A stretch of DNA of 64,000 nucleotides from contig OY761159.2 in assembly GCA_963664395.2 (NCBI GenBank), positions 3,680,001 to 3,744,000 on the forward strand, written 5' to 3'. Under the pieces are notes generated by a model. It saw only the letters and a program-made list of their open reading frames with translations. It was not told where the DNA came from and searched no databases. Positions within the stretch are counted from its first letter, which is position 1. Each line of letters opens with the position of its first letter. This stretch comes from Candidatus Binatia bacterium (lineage in GTDB: Bacteria; Desulfobacterota; Binatia; Bin18). The position numbers were made by a program, and so were the translations under genes. Positions 10,101 through 18,886 of this stretch are shown here, one piece after another.

Positions 10101-10976
10101 ATGTTTTCAGGATCACTGGTCGCGTTGATTACGCCGTTCAAGAACAATGCAGTCGATGCGCAACGCCTGGCAGACCTGGTTGAATGGCACATTAAAAGCG
10201 GGACGCATGGGATAGTCCCCTGCGGGACAACGGGCGAGTCTGCCACGCTCTCTCACCAGGAACATACTCAGGTGGTCAAACTGGTTGTTGAGGCCGCAGA
10301 CAAGCGCGTGCCCGTGCTGGCCGGAACGGGGTCGAATTCAACCGCGGAAGCCATCCGCATGACGTGCGAAGCCCAGGAGGTGGGGGCGGATGGCGCGCTC
10401 ATGATCTCGCCGTATTACAATCGACCGCCCCAAGAAGGCATTTATCAGCACTACAGAGCTGTGGCCGAAGCGGCCTCGGGCTTCCCCATCGTTTTTTACA
10501 ATATCCCGAGTCGAACGGGCTCGAATATTCTACCCGAGACTATGGCTCGTCTGGCACAGATCGAGAACATTGTTGGCGTCAAAGAAGCCTCCGGCTCAGT
10601 CGATCAGGTCATCGACATCCGGCTCGCCTGCGGCGACAACCTGGCCATTTTGTCCGGCGAAGATACGCTCACGTTTTCCATGATGGCGCTGGGTGGTGCG
10701 GGCGTGATCAGTACAGCCGCCAATGTTGCGCCCAAGGCCATGGCCGAGCTGGCAACCGCCGGGCTGAACAAGGAGTGGGACACCGCGTCTGCGCTGCAAC
10801 TCAGCCTCGTCCCGCTCATCCGGGCGTTGTTTATCGAGACCAACCCCATTCCGGCCAAGACCGCGCTGGCGCTGATGGGCATGTGTGAAGCCGAGGTGCG
10901 TCAGCCGCTGGCCCCCATGGCCGCCGCCAATAAGGAAAGGCTGAAAGCCACGCTCAAGAAATATGAGCTTATTTAG
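10101..10976 (+). CDS. dapA: 4-hydroxy-tetrahydrodipicolinate synthase
   Basis: GTTGESATL, PYYNRP, YNIPSRT, VKEASG and ETNPIP; GGAGG ribosome-binding site before ATG 10101. Confidence 0.97.
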   Translation: MFSGSLVALITPFKNNAVDAQRLADLVEWHIKSGTHGIVPCGTTGESATLSHQEHTQVVKLVVEAADKRVPVLAGTGSNSTAEAIRMTCEAQEVGADGALMISPYYNRPPQEGIYQHYRAVAEAASGFPIVFYNIPSRTGSNILPETMARLAQIENIVGVKEASGSVDQVIDIRLACGDNLAILSGEDTLTFSMMALGGAGVISTAANVAPKAMAELATAGLNKEWDTASALQLSLVPLIRALFIETNPIPAKTALALMGMCEAEVRQPLAPMAAANKERLKATLKKYELI

Positions 10977-10999
10977 GACCACTGAACATTGTGTCTTTG

Positions 11000-11035
11000 C
11001 CCCCTCACTCTCGCCAGGGTGAGGGGGTTTTCTTT
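11000..11035 (+). terminator. REP-derived hairpin with U-tract between dapA and dapB (terminator-like)
   Basis: CCCCCTCACTC-tcgcca-GGGTGAGGGGG-TTTTCTTT. Confidence 0.55.
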
Positions 11036-11060
11036 ATACGGGGCACAGAGGGGAAGAGAC

Positions 11061-11864
11061 ATGGGAACAAATATTGTCATCTGCGGCGCAGCCGGGCGCA
11101 TGGGGAAAATGTTGGTGCGTCTCATTCACGAACATCCTGACGCCCAGCTCGTTGGCGCGGTCGAAGCGGTTGGTCATCCTGCACTGGGCAAAGATGCCGG
11201 CGAGGAGGCCGGCGTTGGGTCACTCAGTGTGCCTGTTACGAGTGACTATGCTGCGCTTGCAGGCCCGGACAACGTTGCCTTGGACTTTACCCTGGCCGAT
11301 GCCGCAATGGACCATCTGCGTACTGCTGTCGCAAGCGGAGCCGGAATCGCCATCGGCACGACCGGTTTGTCTGCCGAACAACGGGCCGAGGCGGACCGCA
11401 TCGCACCCCAGAGCCGGGTCATTATTGCACCCAATATGAGCGTTGGGGTGAATGTCTTAATGAAGGTCGTAGAGGATGTCGCCAGGATTGTGGGCAAAGA
11501 CTTTGATCCTGAAGTGGTAGAAATGCACCATCGCTTCAAAATTGACGCACCCAGCGGAACGGCACTCGCTCTGGGCCGGATTATTGCCGAGGCGCAAGGC
11601 AAGGATTTCGACCACAGCGCGAAGTACGGCCGTCAAGGGATCACCGGTCAGCGGACAGACGAAGAAATCGGCATGATGGCCTTACGCGGCGGCGATACGG
11701 TGGGCGAGCATACTGTGCACTTTGCCGGCTTTGGCGAACGGTTGGAACTCACTCATCGTGCGTTGAATCGTGAATGCCTGGCCCGTGGCGCGGTTCGGGC
11801 CGCCCTGTGGTTGGCGAATCAGCCCAACGGACTGTATTCGATGAAGGACGTATTGGGGCTGTAA
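11061..11864 (+). CDS. dapB: 4-hydroxy-tetrahydrodipicolinate reductase
   Basis: GAAGRMG, IGTTG, APNMSVGVN and EMHHRFKIDAPSGTAL. Confidence 0.97.
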   Translation: MGTNIVICGAAGRMGKMLVRLIHEHPDAQLVGAVEAVGHPALGKDAGEEAGVGSLSVPVTSDYAALAGPDNVALDFTLADAAMDHLRTAVASGAGIAIGTTGLSAEQRAEADRIAPQSRVIIAPNMSVGVNVLMKVVEDVARIVGKDFDPEVVEMHHRFKIDAPSGTALALGRIIAEAQGKDFDHSAKYGRQGITGQRTDEEIGMMALRGGDTVGEHTVHFAGFGERLELTHRALNRECLARGAVRAALWLANQPNGLYSMKDVLGL

Positions 11865-11881
11865 GTCCAAGGCGGAAGGGG

Positions 11882-11923
11882 AACCCACCCCGGCCCTTCG
11901 GGCCACCCCTCCGAGGAGGGGAT
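11882..11923. repeat. REP-like double-hairpin element, family A (inverted copy at 21033-21074)
   Basis: Reverse complement ATCCCCTCCTCGGAGGGGTGGCCCGAAGGGCCGGGGTGGGTT compared with ATCCCCTCTTGGGAGGGGTGGCGCGTAGCGCCGGGGCGGGTT at 21033. Confidence 0.75.
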
Positions 11924-11938
11924 TTGTCGTTCAAAACG

Positions 11939-12613
11939 CTACCACTTCCCACGCCGGGTGGGGAAGTGCTGCGCCTGGACAAGGCGCTGAAGAAAAGTGG
12001 CGCGGGAGATTTCGTACGCCCCGAGCCGTTGCAGATGCGGATTGGTCATCTGACAGTCGATCAATTGAAACTGCCATTTGTGGAGCTGCTGAGTTAAAAG
12101 ACAGAAGGCTACTTTTGAAGCATTTGCTACCCGTTTGAACATCGACTCCCCAAAAAATGCCCGGCCTAAACTCACCCCATAAATCCCACCAACAAGCTCA
12201 CCGGCGTCCCAGACCTCAGCCGAATGGGCAAAGCCGGCCTCGTGCAGGGCGCAGTAGGCTCTCAGCATGTCGGGTGTAATCCAGGTGCCTTCACCGCTCC
12301 GCAGCCGTGTTTCCGCGCAGGCGTATACCACCTCTTCAAAGGCACGGTCAAACGTGACGGCAAAGCGTTCCTGACGGAGCAGCCGACGCAGGCTGCGCGA
12401 CACATGAAAACCGTCCGGGTCGATGACACAGCGTTGCGGCGGACTCCACCACAGAATCGGAGAATCGTCGCTATACCACGGGAAAATGCCGAGTTGATAC
12501 GCGAGTAACAAACGTTTGAGGCCCAGGTCTCCTCCAACCGCCAATAGCCCTTCCGGGTTGGACCACTCCGGATTGGGAAAGACAAGTTCATCAGTCAGTT
12601 GGTAGACGGGCAT
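11939..12613 (-). CDS. aat: Leucyl/phenylalanyl-tRNA--protein transferase
   Basis: GLLAVGGDL, AYQLGIFPW, LWWSP, TWIT, AHSAEVW and FFGESMF. Confidence 0.96.
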   Translation of the reverse strand: MPVYQLTDELVFPNPEWSNPEGLLAVGGDLGLKRLLLAYQLGIFPWYSDDSPILWWSPPQRCVIDPDGFHVSRSLRRLLRQERFAVTFDRAFEEVVYACAETRLRSGEGTWITPDMLRAYCALHEAGFAHSAEVWDAGELVGGIYGVSLGRAFFGESMFKRVANASKVAFCLLTQQLHKWQFQLIDCQMTNPHLQRLGAYEISRATFLQRLVQAQHFPTRRGKW

Positions 12614-12756
12614 GTTGGTTTCTTATGGTTCAGAAAACAAAACTGCCTGTCAATAAGACTCGTTGCAGACTCGTTGTAGTAACAGACCAGCGCTTGCTTT
12701 TTTCCGGTAAATAGCAGAATAGGGAAAGATAGAGTAGCGAGAGAAGGAGGCGTACT

Positions 12757-13347
12757 ATGGATCGGGTAAGCAAGGTTCCATTTGACCAGGTTGATACTGA
12801 ACTCCAGGCAATCATGCGCGAATACGACCAGGAACTCGGTGGGTCGGAGTTCGTGCAGGTGTTTGCCCACGCACCTGAGGTGTTCAAGTCGTTTATTAAT
12901 TTCTATTTTCCGTTGGTGTCAGGCGAACGGGGCAATGTTGATGTCAAACTGACCGAATTGGCTCGCCTCAAGGTGGCTGAGCGGAACGACTGCAATTTAT
13001 GAATGCACGCCCGGTTTGCCTTGGCAAGGCAACAAGGTGTGACGGAAGAACTGATTGCAGCGCTGCCCCAGTACCAGGCCAGTGAACTTTTTACTCCACG
13101 AGAGAAAGCAGCGATTCGCTTTGCTGATATTCTTGCTGGAGATCATCGCCAGGCTTCACCAGAGCTGTTTGATGCCTTACGCGAGCATTTTACCGAGCCG
13201 GAAATTCTGGAACTGGGCTGGCGGATTGTGACGTTTGTCGGCTATGGCCGTTTTATTCATGTCCTCGGTCTGGAGATTGGGCAGACCTGTTCGCTGCATC
13301 CCGCAGAGACGAATCCGGGCCAGGACGTGCAAGCATCCGCTCAATAA
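12757..13347 (+). CDS. AhpD/carboxymuconolactone-decarboxylase-family selenoprotein (CxxU, UGA at 13000-13002), 196 aa
   Basis: The two track ORFs are in one frame joined by a single TGA, giving ELARLKVAERND-C-N-L-U-MHAR, where AhpD-like proteins have CxxC. A SECIS-like hairpin follows. Confidence 0.8.
13006..13041 (+). promoter_or_regulatory. Putative bacterial SECIS element
   Basis: Lower stem CACGCC/GGTGTG, upper stem TTGCCTT/AAGGCAA, and a G-first apical loop (GGC) about 20 nt after the UGA. Confidence 0.7.
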
Positions 13348-13356
13348 GGTTGTGTA

Positions 13357-13391
13357 CTCCCTCGCCCTCTGGACGAGGGCTGGGGCGAGGG
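13357..13391. repeat. REP-like hairpin element, family B
   Basis: CTCCCTCGCCCTCTGGACGAGGGCTGGGGCGAGGG; related copies at 11000, 16786 and 21154. Confidence 0.7.
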
Positions 13392-13434
13392 TGTCCTATG
13401 CTTCTCACCATAGCCGCCAGAACGTCAGTACTGA

Positions 13435-13647
13435 TTACGCCCGGTCCAGAGAGGCGTTGAGCCGATTGAGTAATTTTTCTGCCGACACTGGCGGTGCCGG
13501 CGGCGGAGGGACACGGAGCTGCTGAGGCGGGGATGGAGGCGGCGGAGGTGTGTAACGCGCCGGTGTACACTGGCTCAAAACAAGACCGAGGGCCAGCAGA
13601 CAACTGAACCGTGTGAATGGTGCCAGAAATGTCAATGCGTTGCTCAT
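13435..13647 (-). CDS. Small Pro-rich secreted or lipoprotein-like protein
   Basis: Hydrophobic N-terminus ending in LVLSQC, then poly-Pro; co-oriented downstream of the APH gene. Confidence 0.4.
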   Translation of the reverse strand: MSNALTFLAPFTRFSCLLALGLVLSQCTPARYTPPPPPSPPQQLRVPPPPAPPVSAEKLLNRLNASLDRA

Positions 13648-13649
13648 AT

Positions 13650-13687
13650 TCTCTACCTAATCCCCAACCCCTAATCTCTAACCCCTG
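13650..13687. repeat. Heptamer tandem repeat (GGGGTTA/GGGATTA-type on the minus strand)
   Basis: acctaat ccccaac ccctaat ctctaac ccct. Confidence 0.7.
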
Positions 13688-13689
13688 CA

Positions 13690-14769
13690 TCAAAGCTGCC
13701 TGGGCTGAGCCAGCGCATGCGCTGTTTCAGCCAGGAGGACGGCGCGGCGATCAAAATCGCTGAGCCGCTCATCCTTGAGCTGGCCGTTCTTGTACAACAC
13801 AAAGAGCTGCATGCCCACGACGGCTGTTTTCCACAGCGCGAAGGTTTCATAAAATCTGATATTGCTGACGTCGCGGCCACTCCGCTGAGCATAGTGCTGA
13901 ACGACTTCGTCCCGGGACAAGAAACCCGCTAAAACGGGCATTTGGGCAATCTCTCGCCGGCCCGGCGGATCATCATGCTGGGTCCAATAATTGAGCAACA
14001 GGCCCAGGTCAATGATTGGATCACCGAGCGTGCATTGGTCCCAGTCAAAGAGGGCAATAATCCGGGTGATGTCTGTCGGACCGACCATAAGATTGTCGAG
14101 TTTATAGTCATTATGCAGCAGGGTCGGTGGGGGCGAAGTTGGCACGTGGCCGGCCAACCACTGTCCGAGTTCATCCATAAGAGGGAGTTCTTCTACCTTG
14201 GCCTGCTCCCAGCGCTTGCGCCAGTTGCGGACCTGACGTTCGACAAAGCCTTGGGGCCTGCCTAAGGTTTCGAGTTCGACCGCTTGGTAGTCTACCGCGT
14301 GGAGGTCAACCAAGGTGTCCACAACGGCTTCACTGAGGCGTGTATACACGCCTGGCTGATTGAGATGCTCAGCCGGCAGGTCTCTATGTATGACCAGGCC
14401 GCTTCGGCGTTCCATGACAAAGAACGGCGCGCCCAGGACGCTGGCGTCGTCACAAAAAAAATACGGACGCGAAGCCGGTGGGAAAACGGGCCACAGCGCA
14501 GACAGCACCCGGAATTCCCGGGCCATATCGTACGCGCCCACGGCGAGCGGACCGCTGGGCGGACGGCGGAGGACGTATTCGTGAGAACCAAAGCTCACCA
14601 AATAGGTCAAGTTGGCATGCCCGCCGGCAAATTGAACAATCTCCAGCGGGCCGTCGGCGTCGGGCAGACGTGCCCGCACATAGGTATCAACAACGTTCAG
14701 ATCAAGGGTCGCTTCCGGGCGAACTGCGACTGTTTCAGGTTCGGTCCAGCCTGGAGGAGTGTGTTCCAT
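13690..14769 (-). CDS. Phosphotransferase (APH / ACAD10-11 N-terminal-like) family protein
   Basis: GGHANLTY, VLRRPP, REFRVL, LLHNDYKLDN and DWDQCTLGDP. Confidence 0.85.
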   Translation of the reverse strand: MEHTPPGWTEPETVAVRPEATLDLNVVDTYVRARLPDADGPLEIVQFAGGHANLTYLVSFGSHEYVLRRPPSGPLAVGAYDMAREFRVLSALWPVFPPASRPYFFCDDASVLGAPFFVMERRSGLVIHRDLPAEHLNQPGVYTRLSEAVVDTLVDLHAVDYQAVELETLGRPQGFVERQVRNWRKRWEQAKVEELPLMDELGQWLAGHVPTSPPPTLLHNDYKLDNLMVGPTDITRIIALFDWDQCTLGDPIIDLGLLLNYWTQHDDPPGRREIAQMPVLAGFLSRDEVVQHYAQRSGRDVSNIRFYETFALWKTAVVGMQLFVLYKNGQLKDERLSDFDRRAVLLAETAHALAQPRQL

Positions 14770-14780
14770 CGGTGTTCCTT

Positions 14781-14843
14781 AAATAATAGCGGGCAAAAAT
14801 AATAGCGGGCAAAAATAACAGAGGGCAAGATGCCCGCGCTCCC
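14781..14843. repeat. 16-bp tandem triplication merging into REP family C (GGGCAAGATGCCCGCGCTCCC)
   Basis: AAATAATAGCGGGCAA x2, then AAATAACAGAGGGCAA-GATGCCCGCGCTCCC; related inverted copy at 21087-21109. Confidence 0.8.
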
Positions 14844-14883
14844 ATTCAGGTAATGGAAGCCAAGTATATTTACAACAAATCGT

Positions 14884-15255
14884 TTACAACAATCTGCCCA
14901 GCCAGAGACCACACCCAACGGCAAGCAGACCAAGTATAACGCTGCCTACAACATTGAACAGGCCGAGGAGAACGGTGCCGTTCTGAAACAACTGCATCGA
15001 CTCATACGTGAACGTAGAGAAGGTGGTATAGGCACCGAGAAACCCGGCTACGAAAAAGTGTCGCTGTGGAGATACCAAGAGCGCTCGGTCATGCAGGATG
15101 GCGATGGTGACGCCAAGGAGCAAACTCCCGCTCATATTGGCGATAAATGTCCCGTACGGAAAGCTGGCTCCCAGAATCCGCGCCGCCCAGCTTGAAACAA
15201 TAAAGCGCGCGTTTGCACCTAAAAAGCCTCCAAGTCCAATCAAGAGATATTGCAC
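14884..15255 (-). CDS. crcB: Fluoride efflux channel Fluc/CrcB
   Basis: GGFLGANARF, FPYGTFIAN..GS and GFLGAYTTFSTF; GTG start after AAGGAGG. Confidence 0.93.
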   Translation of the reverse strand: MQYLLIGLGGFLGANARFIVSSWAARILGASFPYGTFIANMSGSLLLGVTIAILHDRALLVSPQRHFFVAGFLGAYTTFSTFTYESMQLFQNGTVLLGLFNVVGSVILGLLAVGCGLWLGRLL

Positions 15256-15377
15256 GTGATTCTCCTCCTTACGACAAAAGCAGTCTAGCACCCCGCCAAA
15301 TTCCTGCCATGTCATTGACTCCTGGCACGCGACAGTCTTTAGTGACAGCATGGGCAGAGACACACGGAGGAGAGATT

Positions 15378-16001
15378 ATGGACGATATTTTACAAGCACT
15401 ATTCCGGTGGGTCCACTTATTGGCTGGCATCACCTGGATTGGACTTCTGTACTATTTCAATTTGATCAATGCCCACTTTCAGGGCGCTCTCGAAGCAGAT
15501 GTCCGTAAACAAGTTGTCCCGCAAATCATGCCGCGCACCTTGTGGTGGTTCCGCTGGGGAGCCATGTTCACCTTTCTGTCCGGTCTGTTGATGATCCTAT
15601 GGAAATACTTTCTGCTTGGGAGCGGTTTCACTGGTGATGCCGGCTTGTTCGGGTCGAGTGCCGGGCTGTGGATCAGCATGGGCGCGCTGTTCGGCACGAT
15701 CATGTGGTTCAACGTCTGGTTCATTATTTGGCCGGCCCAGCAGCAGATTATCACTGCGACGGTTAAGGGCGAAGCGCCGGACCCGGCTTTACCCAAGAAG
15801 GCCTTGCTCGCCTCTCGCACAAACACATTTCTGTCTGTCCCCATGCTGTTCGGCATGATCGCCGGCGCCGGGCATTATCCGTCAATTACCTTTGGGCCGC
15901 TGTGGCTTATTATTGTCCTGGGGCTCGGCTTTGGTCTGGCCTATCACCTGATTTTCCAGGTGAGTAGCAAGGTCGCCAAGGAATGGCCGGTGGATGAGTG
16001 A
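15378..16001 (+). CDS. PuuD-like (urate oxidase N-terminal domain) membrane protein with no cytochrome c domain
   Basis: RWVHLLAGITWIGLLYYFN, WWFRWGA, IMWFNVWFIIWPAQ and SRTNTFLSVPML; no CxxCH. Confidence 0.75.
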   Translation: MDDILQALFRWVHLLAGITWIGLLYYFNLINAHFQGALEADVRKQVVPQIMPRTLWWFRWGAMFTFLSGLLMILWKYFLLGSGFTGDAGLFGSSAGLWISMGALFGTIMWFNVWFIIWPAQQQIITATVKGEAPDPALPKKALLASRTNTFLSVPMLFGMIAGAGHYPSITFGPLWLIIVLGLGFGLAYHLIFQVSSKVAKEWPVDE

Positions 16002-16017
16002 CGGACCGCTCCTGGTT

Positions 16018-16776
16018 CTACCCTGATTGAAACGTCATTTCGACGACGGCCTCTCCTTTTTCAGGCAGAGAGATCCGCTGTGAGCGCACGCCAAACCGTT
16101 CATGCCAGGCTTCAATGGTATACTCGCCCGGCGGAACGTTCCGGAGCAAGAATGATCCATCTGTGCCGCTCAAGGCAAAATAAGGATGGTCGAACACGCC
16201 AAGATAACTCCGCATCCAGCCGTGGATGTCACACTTGACTTCAATGCCGACCTCCTCGGCAGCAACCGTCACGTTCCGCGACGTGCCTTTGAGTCCCAGA
16301 CTGAAGTTCCAGTGCGAAGAATTGTGCGGCAGTCCATGGACATTATGGGCCATGGGGTCGCTGTTACGATAGCGAAGCTGTTGATCGACCTGAAGCGCCA
16401 TAATACGCGGCAGAAAGACACAGCCTTTTTGGTCATTCGCAACCGGTTTTTCAGGAACGGCAAAAATACGCTCGCCCAGACCGTCTTTGATATACACCAG
16501 GGCATTTTGTAGTCTGCCGTTTGTCACCAACACATCGCCGGCGTAGACCGTCCCTTCGTGTTGGGCGGCGCATTCCGACCAGCCGCCAAGCTGAAGCACG
16601 CTTTGCTCCGGCATTGAACCGGCGAAATGGATGCTCCCGGAAATAGTGCCCACTGTGGACAGGTCGAGCGGGGTGGGTTGGCGGGGCGGCTTTGGTGGGG
16701 TGGAGCTGTTACAGGCTATGAGAAGAGAGAGAAGGAATCCAATTGAAATCAGTTGGACAGATTGGGAGAAATGCAT
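16018..16776 (-). CDS. Lipoprotein with cupredoxin-like and carboxypeptidase-regulatory-like domains
   Basis: Lipobox LIAC; DQKGCVF.P, NSDP..HNVH, KCDIHGWM, HPYFA and VPPGEYTIEAWHE. Confidence 0.75.
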   Translation of the reverse strand: MHFSQSVQLISIGFLLSLLIACNSSTPPKPPRQPTPLDLSTVGTISGSIHFAGSMPEQSVLQLGGWSECAAQHEGTVYAGDVLVTNGRLQNALVYIKDGLGERIFAVPEKPVANDQKGCVFLPRIMALQVDQQLRYRNSDPMAHNVHGLPHNSSHWNFSLGLKGTSRNVTVAAEEVGIEVKCDIHGWMRSYLGVFDHPYFALSGTDGSFLLRNVPPGEYTIEAWHERFGVRSQRISLPEKGEAVVEMTFQSG

Positions 16777-16785
16777 ATCATTTTG

Positions 16786-16824
16786 CTCCCTCGCCCCTGG
16801 CGGGAGAGGGCTGGGGTGAGGGGG
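16786..16824. repeat. REP-like hairpin element, family B
   Basis: CTCCCTCGCCCCTGGCGGGAGAGGGCTGGGGTGAGGGGG. Confidence 0.75.
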
Positions 16825-16845
16825 TTCTTCTGACCTTCGCTCCTG

Positions 16846-17820
16846 CTATTTGGCTTGGACTGCTGCCAGATTGACACAGTTGATGGGCGGCTCGCCGGCG
16901 CGCAGGCGGTTGACATTGGCGGCCAGGCCGCGCGCGATGTCGTTATACGATAAATCGGTGACGCCGGCGATATGGGGCGTGGCAATCACAGTGTGCACAT
17001 TATTTTGGAACAGCGGATCAGTCGGGTCAGTCGGCTCGTCCCAAAAAACGTCCAGCCCTGCACCCGCAATCTCCTCGCGCTCCAGGGCCGCAACCAGGGC
17101 GTCATGATCGATGACAGGCCCGCGCCCGACGTTAATGAGATATGCCTTGTTCTTCATACTGGAGAGCGCCTGTGCATCAATCAGCCCCCGCGTGTGTGGC
17201 GTGACAGGCAGGGCCAGGACAACGAAGTCGGCCTCTGCCAAGACGTAACCCAGGTCTTGCGGCCCACCAAGAAAATCAAATCCAAACTCTTCTTTTATGT
17301 GCTCGGCTGGGTGCTGCTTCAGGCCGATCAGACGCACGCCAAAGTGGCGTAAGCGGCTGGCCAGCTCAGTGCCGATACTCCCGACTCCGATAATGGCGAC
17401 CGTCTTATCCAGCAGCCCTTTGCCCATAGGAGCCCCAAAGATATTTTTTTGTACGTTCTCGGCTGCCTGGGGAAATTTTCGGGCCAGGGCCAGCATGAGA
17501 AAAATGGCGTGCTCTGAGACTGAGGCCGCGTTTCCTGCCCCTTCGTGTCCCGGAACATTGGCAACATAGATGCCCTGTTCGGTCGCAACCGGAATATCCA
17601 CGCCTTCGAGCCCGACGCCGAACTGATGGATCATGCTTGCGGAAGTGGCTCGAATAATGTCCGCATCCACGCGGTGCATGGTTGGAACAACTACATCTGC
17701 GTCGCGTGTCGCGTCCAGCACCTCTTCTGCCGGGCAGGCGATAATGGTGTCATCCGGCAGATGCTTCCGAAGCATCTCGGAACAGTGGGGGAAATGGGTG
17801 GAACACAGAACAATTTTCAT
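16846..17820 (-). CDS. D-isomer-specific 2-hydroxyacid dehydrogenase
   Basis: GVGLEGVD, IIGVGSIG, LINVGRG, GAGLDVFWDEP and TPHIAG. Confidence 0.9.
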   Translation of the reverse strand: MKIVLCSTHFPHCSEMLRKHLPDDTIIACPAEEVLDATRDADVVVPTMHRVDADIIRATSASMIHQFGVGLEGVDIPVATEQGIYVANVPGHEGAGNAASVSEHAIFLMLALARKFPQAAENVQKNIFGAPMGKGLLDKTVAIIGVGSIGTELASRLRHFGVRLIGLKQHPAEHIKEEFGFDFLGGPQDLGYVLAEADFVVLALPVTPHTRGLIDAQALSSMKNKAYLINVGRGPVIDHDALVAALEREEIAGAGLDVFWDEPTDPTDPLFQNNVHTVIATPHIAGVTDLSYNDIARGLAANVNRLRAGEPPINCVNLAAVQAK

Positions 17821-17836
17821 ACAGTGCGTGGTCGGC

Positions 17837-18814
17837 TCAAGAGGTGTACTGCCGGGCGGCGTCCATGACCTTTTCAACATCCAGCACACGCGGGCCGTCC
17901 CAGGAGAGTGCAATTTCCCACTGGTCGTCCGCATTCACAACCAGCTCGCGCTCGCCGTCAAGCGCGATAATCGAGGGCTTATAGCTGACGGGTATCCGAG
18001 TGCCATGCTGTATCAGGGCATGCTGTTGGATCGGGACGGGCACAACCATCCCAGGCGCAATAGGCGCGTTGATAAAGCGTGTATTGCCACCGAACCGGAT
18101 ATACAGCCCTCCGTCGTCAACCGGGCGAATGGGGTGGAGCATGCCGCCGATTGAGGCCAAGCCGATATTTGTCGGCTGGCCCTGGGTGAGAAAGAGTTCT
18201 TTGAGGCGCTCGGCCTCCCACACGGCCCTGGCTCCAATAAACTGGTAGTCACACACCGCAGCATCAACCAGGGCGATGTCTTCGAGCGCCCCGTCGCGGT
18301 ACAGGTTGAGCCGCTTGGTTGGACGGGTATACGTTTCCGGGGAGAATTGTCGTCGCGCGTAATAGCCCGCGGCCAGACCGGCCAGGGTTGACTCCAAAAA
18401 CTGTGGAAAGGCATTATTCGTTCCGGTCGAAAGCGGAATGAGCGGCATGCTGCCGCTGCCTTTGGTGACCACCCGGTTTGTCCCGTCTCCGCCAATGACG
18501 ATGACGCAGGCCACCCCCTGTTCGTTCATGAGCTGCGCCGCCCGGGTCGAGTCGCTGGCATCATCGAAGATCGACATTTCAAGAAAACGTGGGGTAATAC
18601 GCAGCTCGTTCTCAATCCCGGACAGGGCTTTGGTAAAGATGTTGGCCGGGTCAGGGAAGAGGACCACTTCGTCCACCCCGGCACCCTGAATCCCGAGAAT
18701 AGCCCGCCGAACGATATAGACTTTTTCCTGGGTATCGAGAATAGACCCATGCGCCACAAGGCGACGGATGTCCTTGCCGGCGCGTGGGTTTGCAATAATA
18801 CCGACTGGTGCCAT
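17837..18814 (-). CDS. acoX: Acetoin catabolism protein X (ATP-NAD kinase family)
   Basis: VGIIANPRAGKDIRRLVA, GGDGTNR, STGTNNAFP and IALDGERE; adjacent to acoAB. Confidence 0.85.
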   Translation of the reverse strand: MAPVGIIANPRAGKDIRRLVAHGSILDTQEKVYIVRRAILGIQGAGVDEVVLFPDPANIFTKALSGIENELRITPRFLEMSIFDDASDSTRAAQLMNEQGVACVIVIGGDGTNRVVTKGSGSMPLIPLSTGTNNAFPQFLESTLAGLAAGYYARRQFSPETYTRPTKRLNLYRDGALEDIALVDAAVCDYQFIGARAVWEAERLKELFLTQGQPTNIGLASIGGMLHPIRPVDDGGLYIRFGGNTRFINAPIAPGMVVPVPIQQHALIQHGTRIPVSYKPSIIALDGERELVVNADDQWEIALSWDGPRVLDVEKVMDAARQYTS

Positions 18815-18819
18815 GAGAA

Positions 18820-18886
18820 GTTGGGGTTAGGGGTTAGGGGCTGGACTTCCCCAACTCCCAAAACCCAATCCCCAGAACCTATCCCT
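18820..18886. repeat. Convergent G-rich and C-rich heptamer arrays (STRR-like) between acoB and acoX
   Basis: GGGGTTA GGGGTTA GGGGCTG ... CCCCAAC TCCCAAA ACCCAAT CCCCAGA ACCTATC CCTA. Confidence 0.8.

Noticed and set aside
15256-15377. Fluoride riboswitch upstream of crcB
   Set aside because: I could not find the GGCGATGG...TGATG-type consensus; the short region is shared with a divergent gene.
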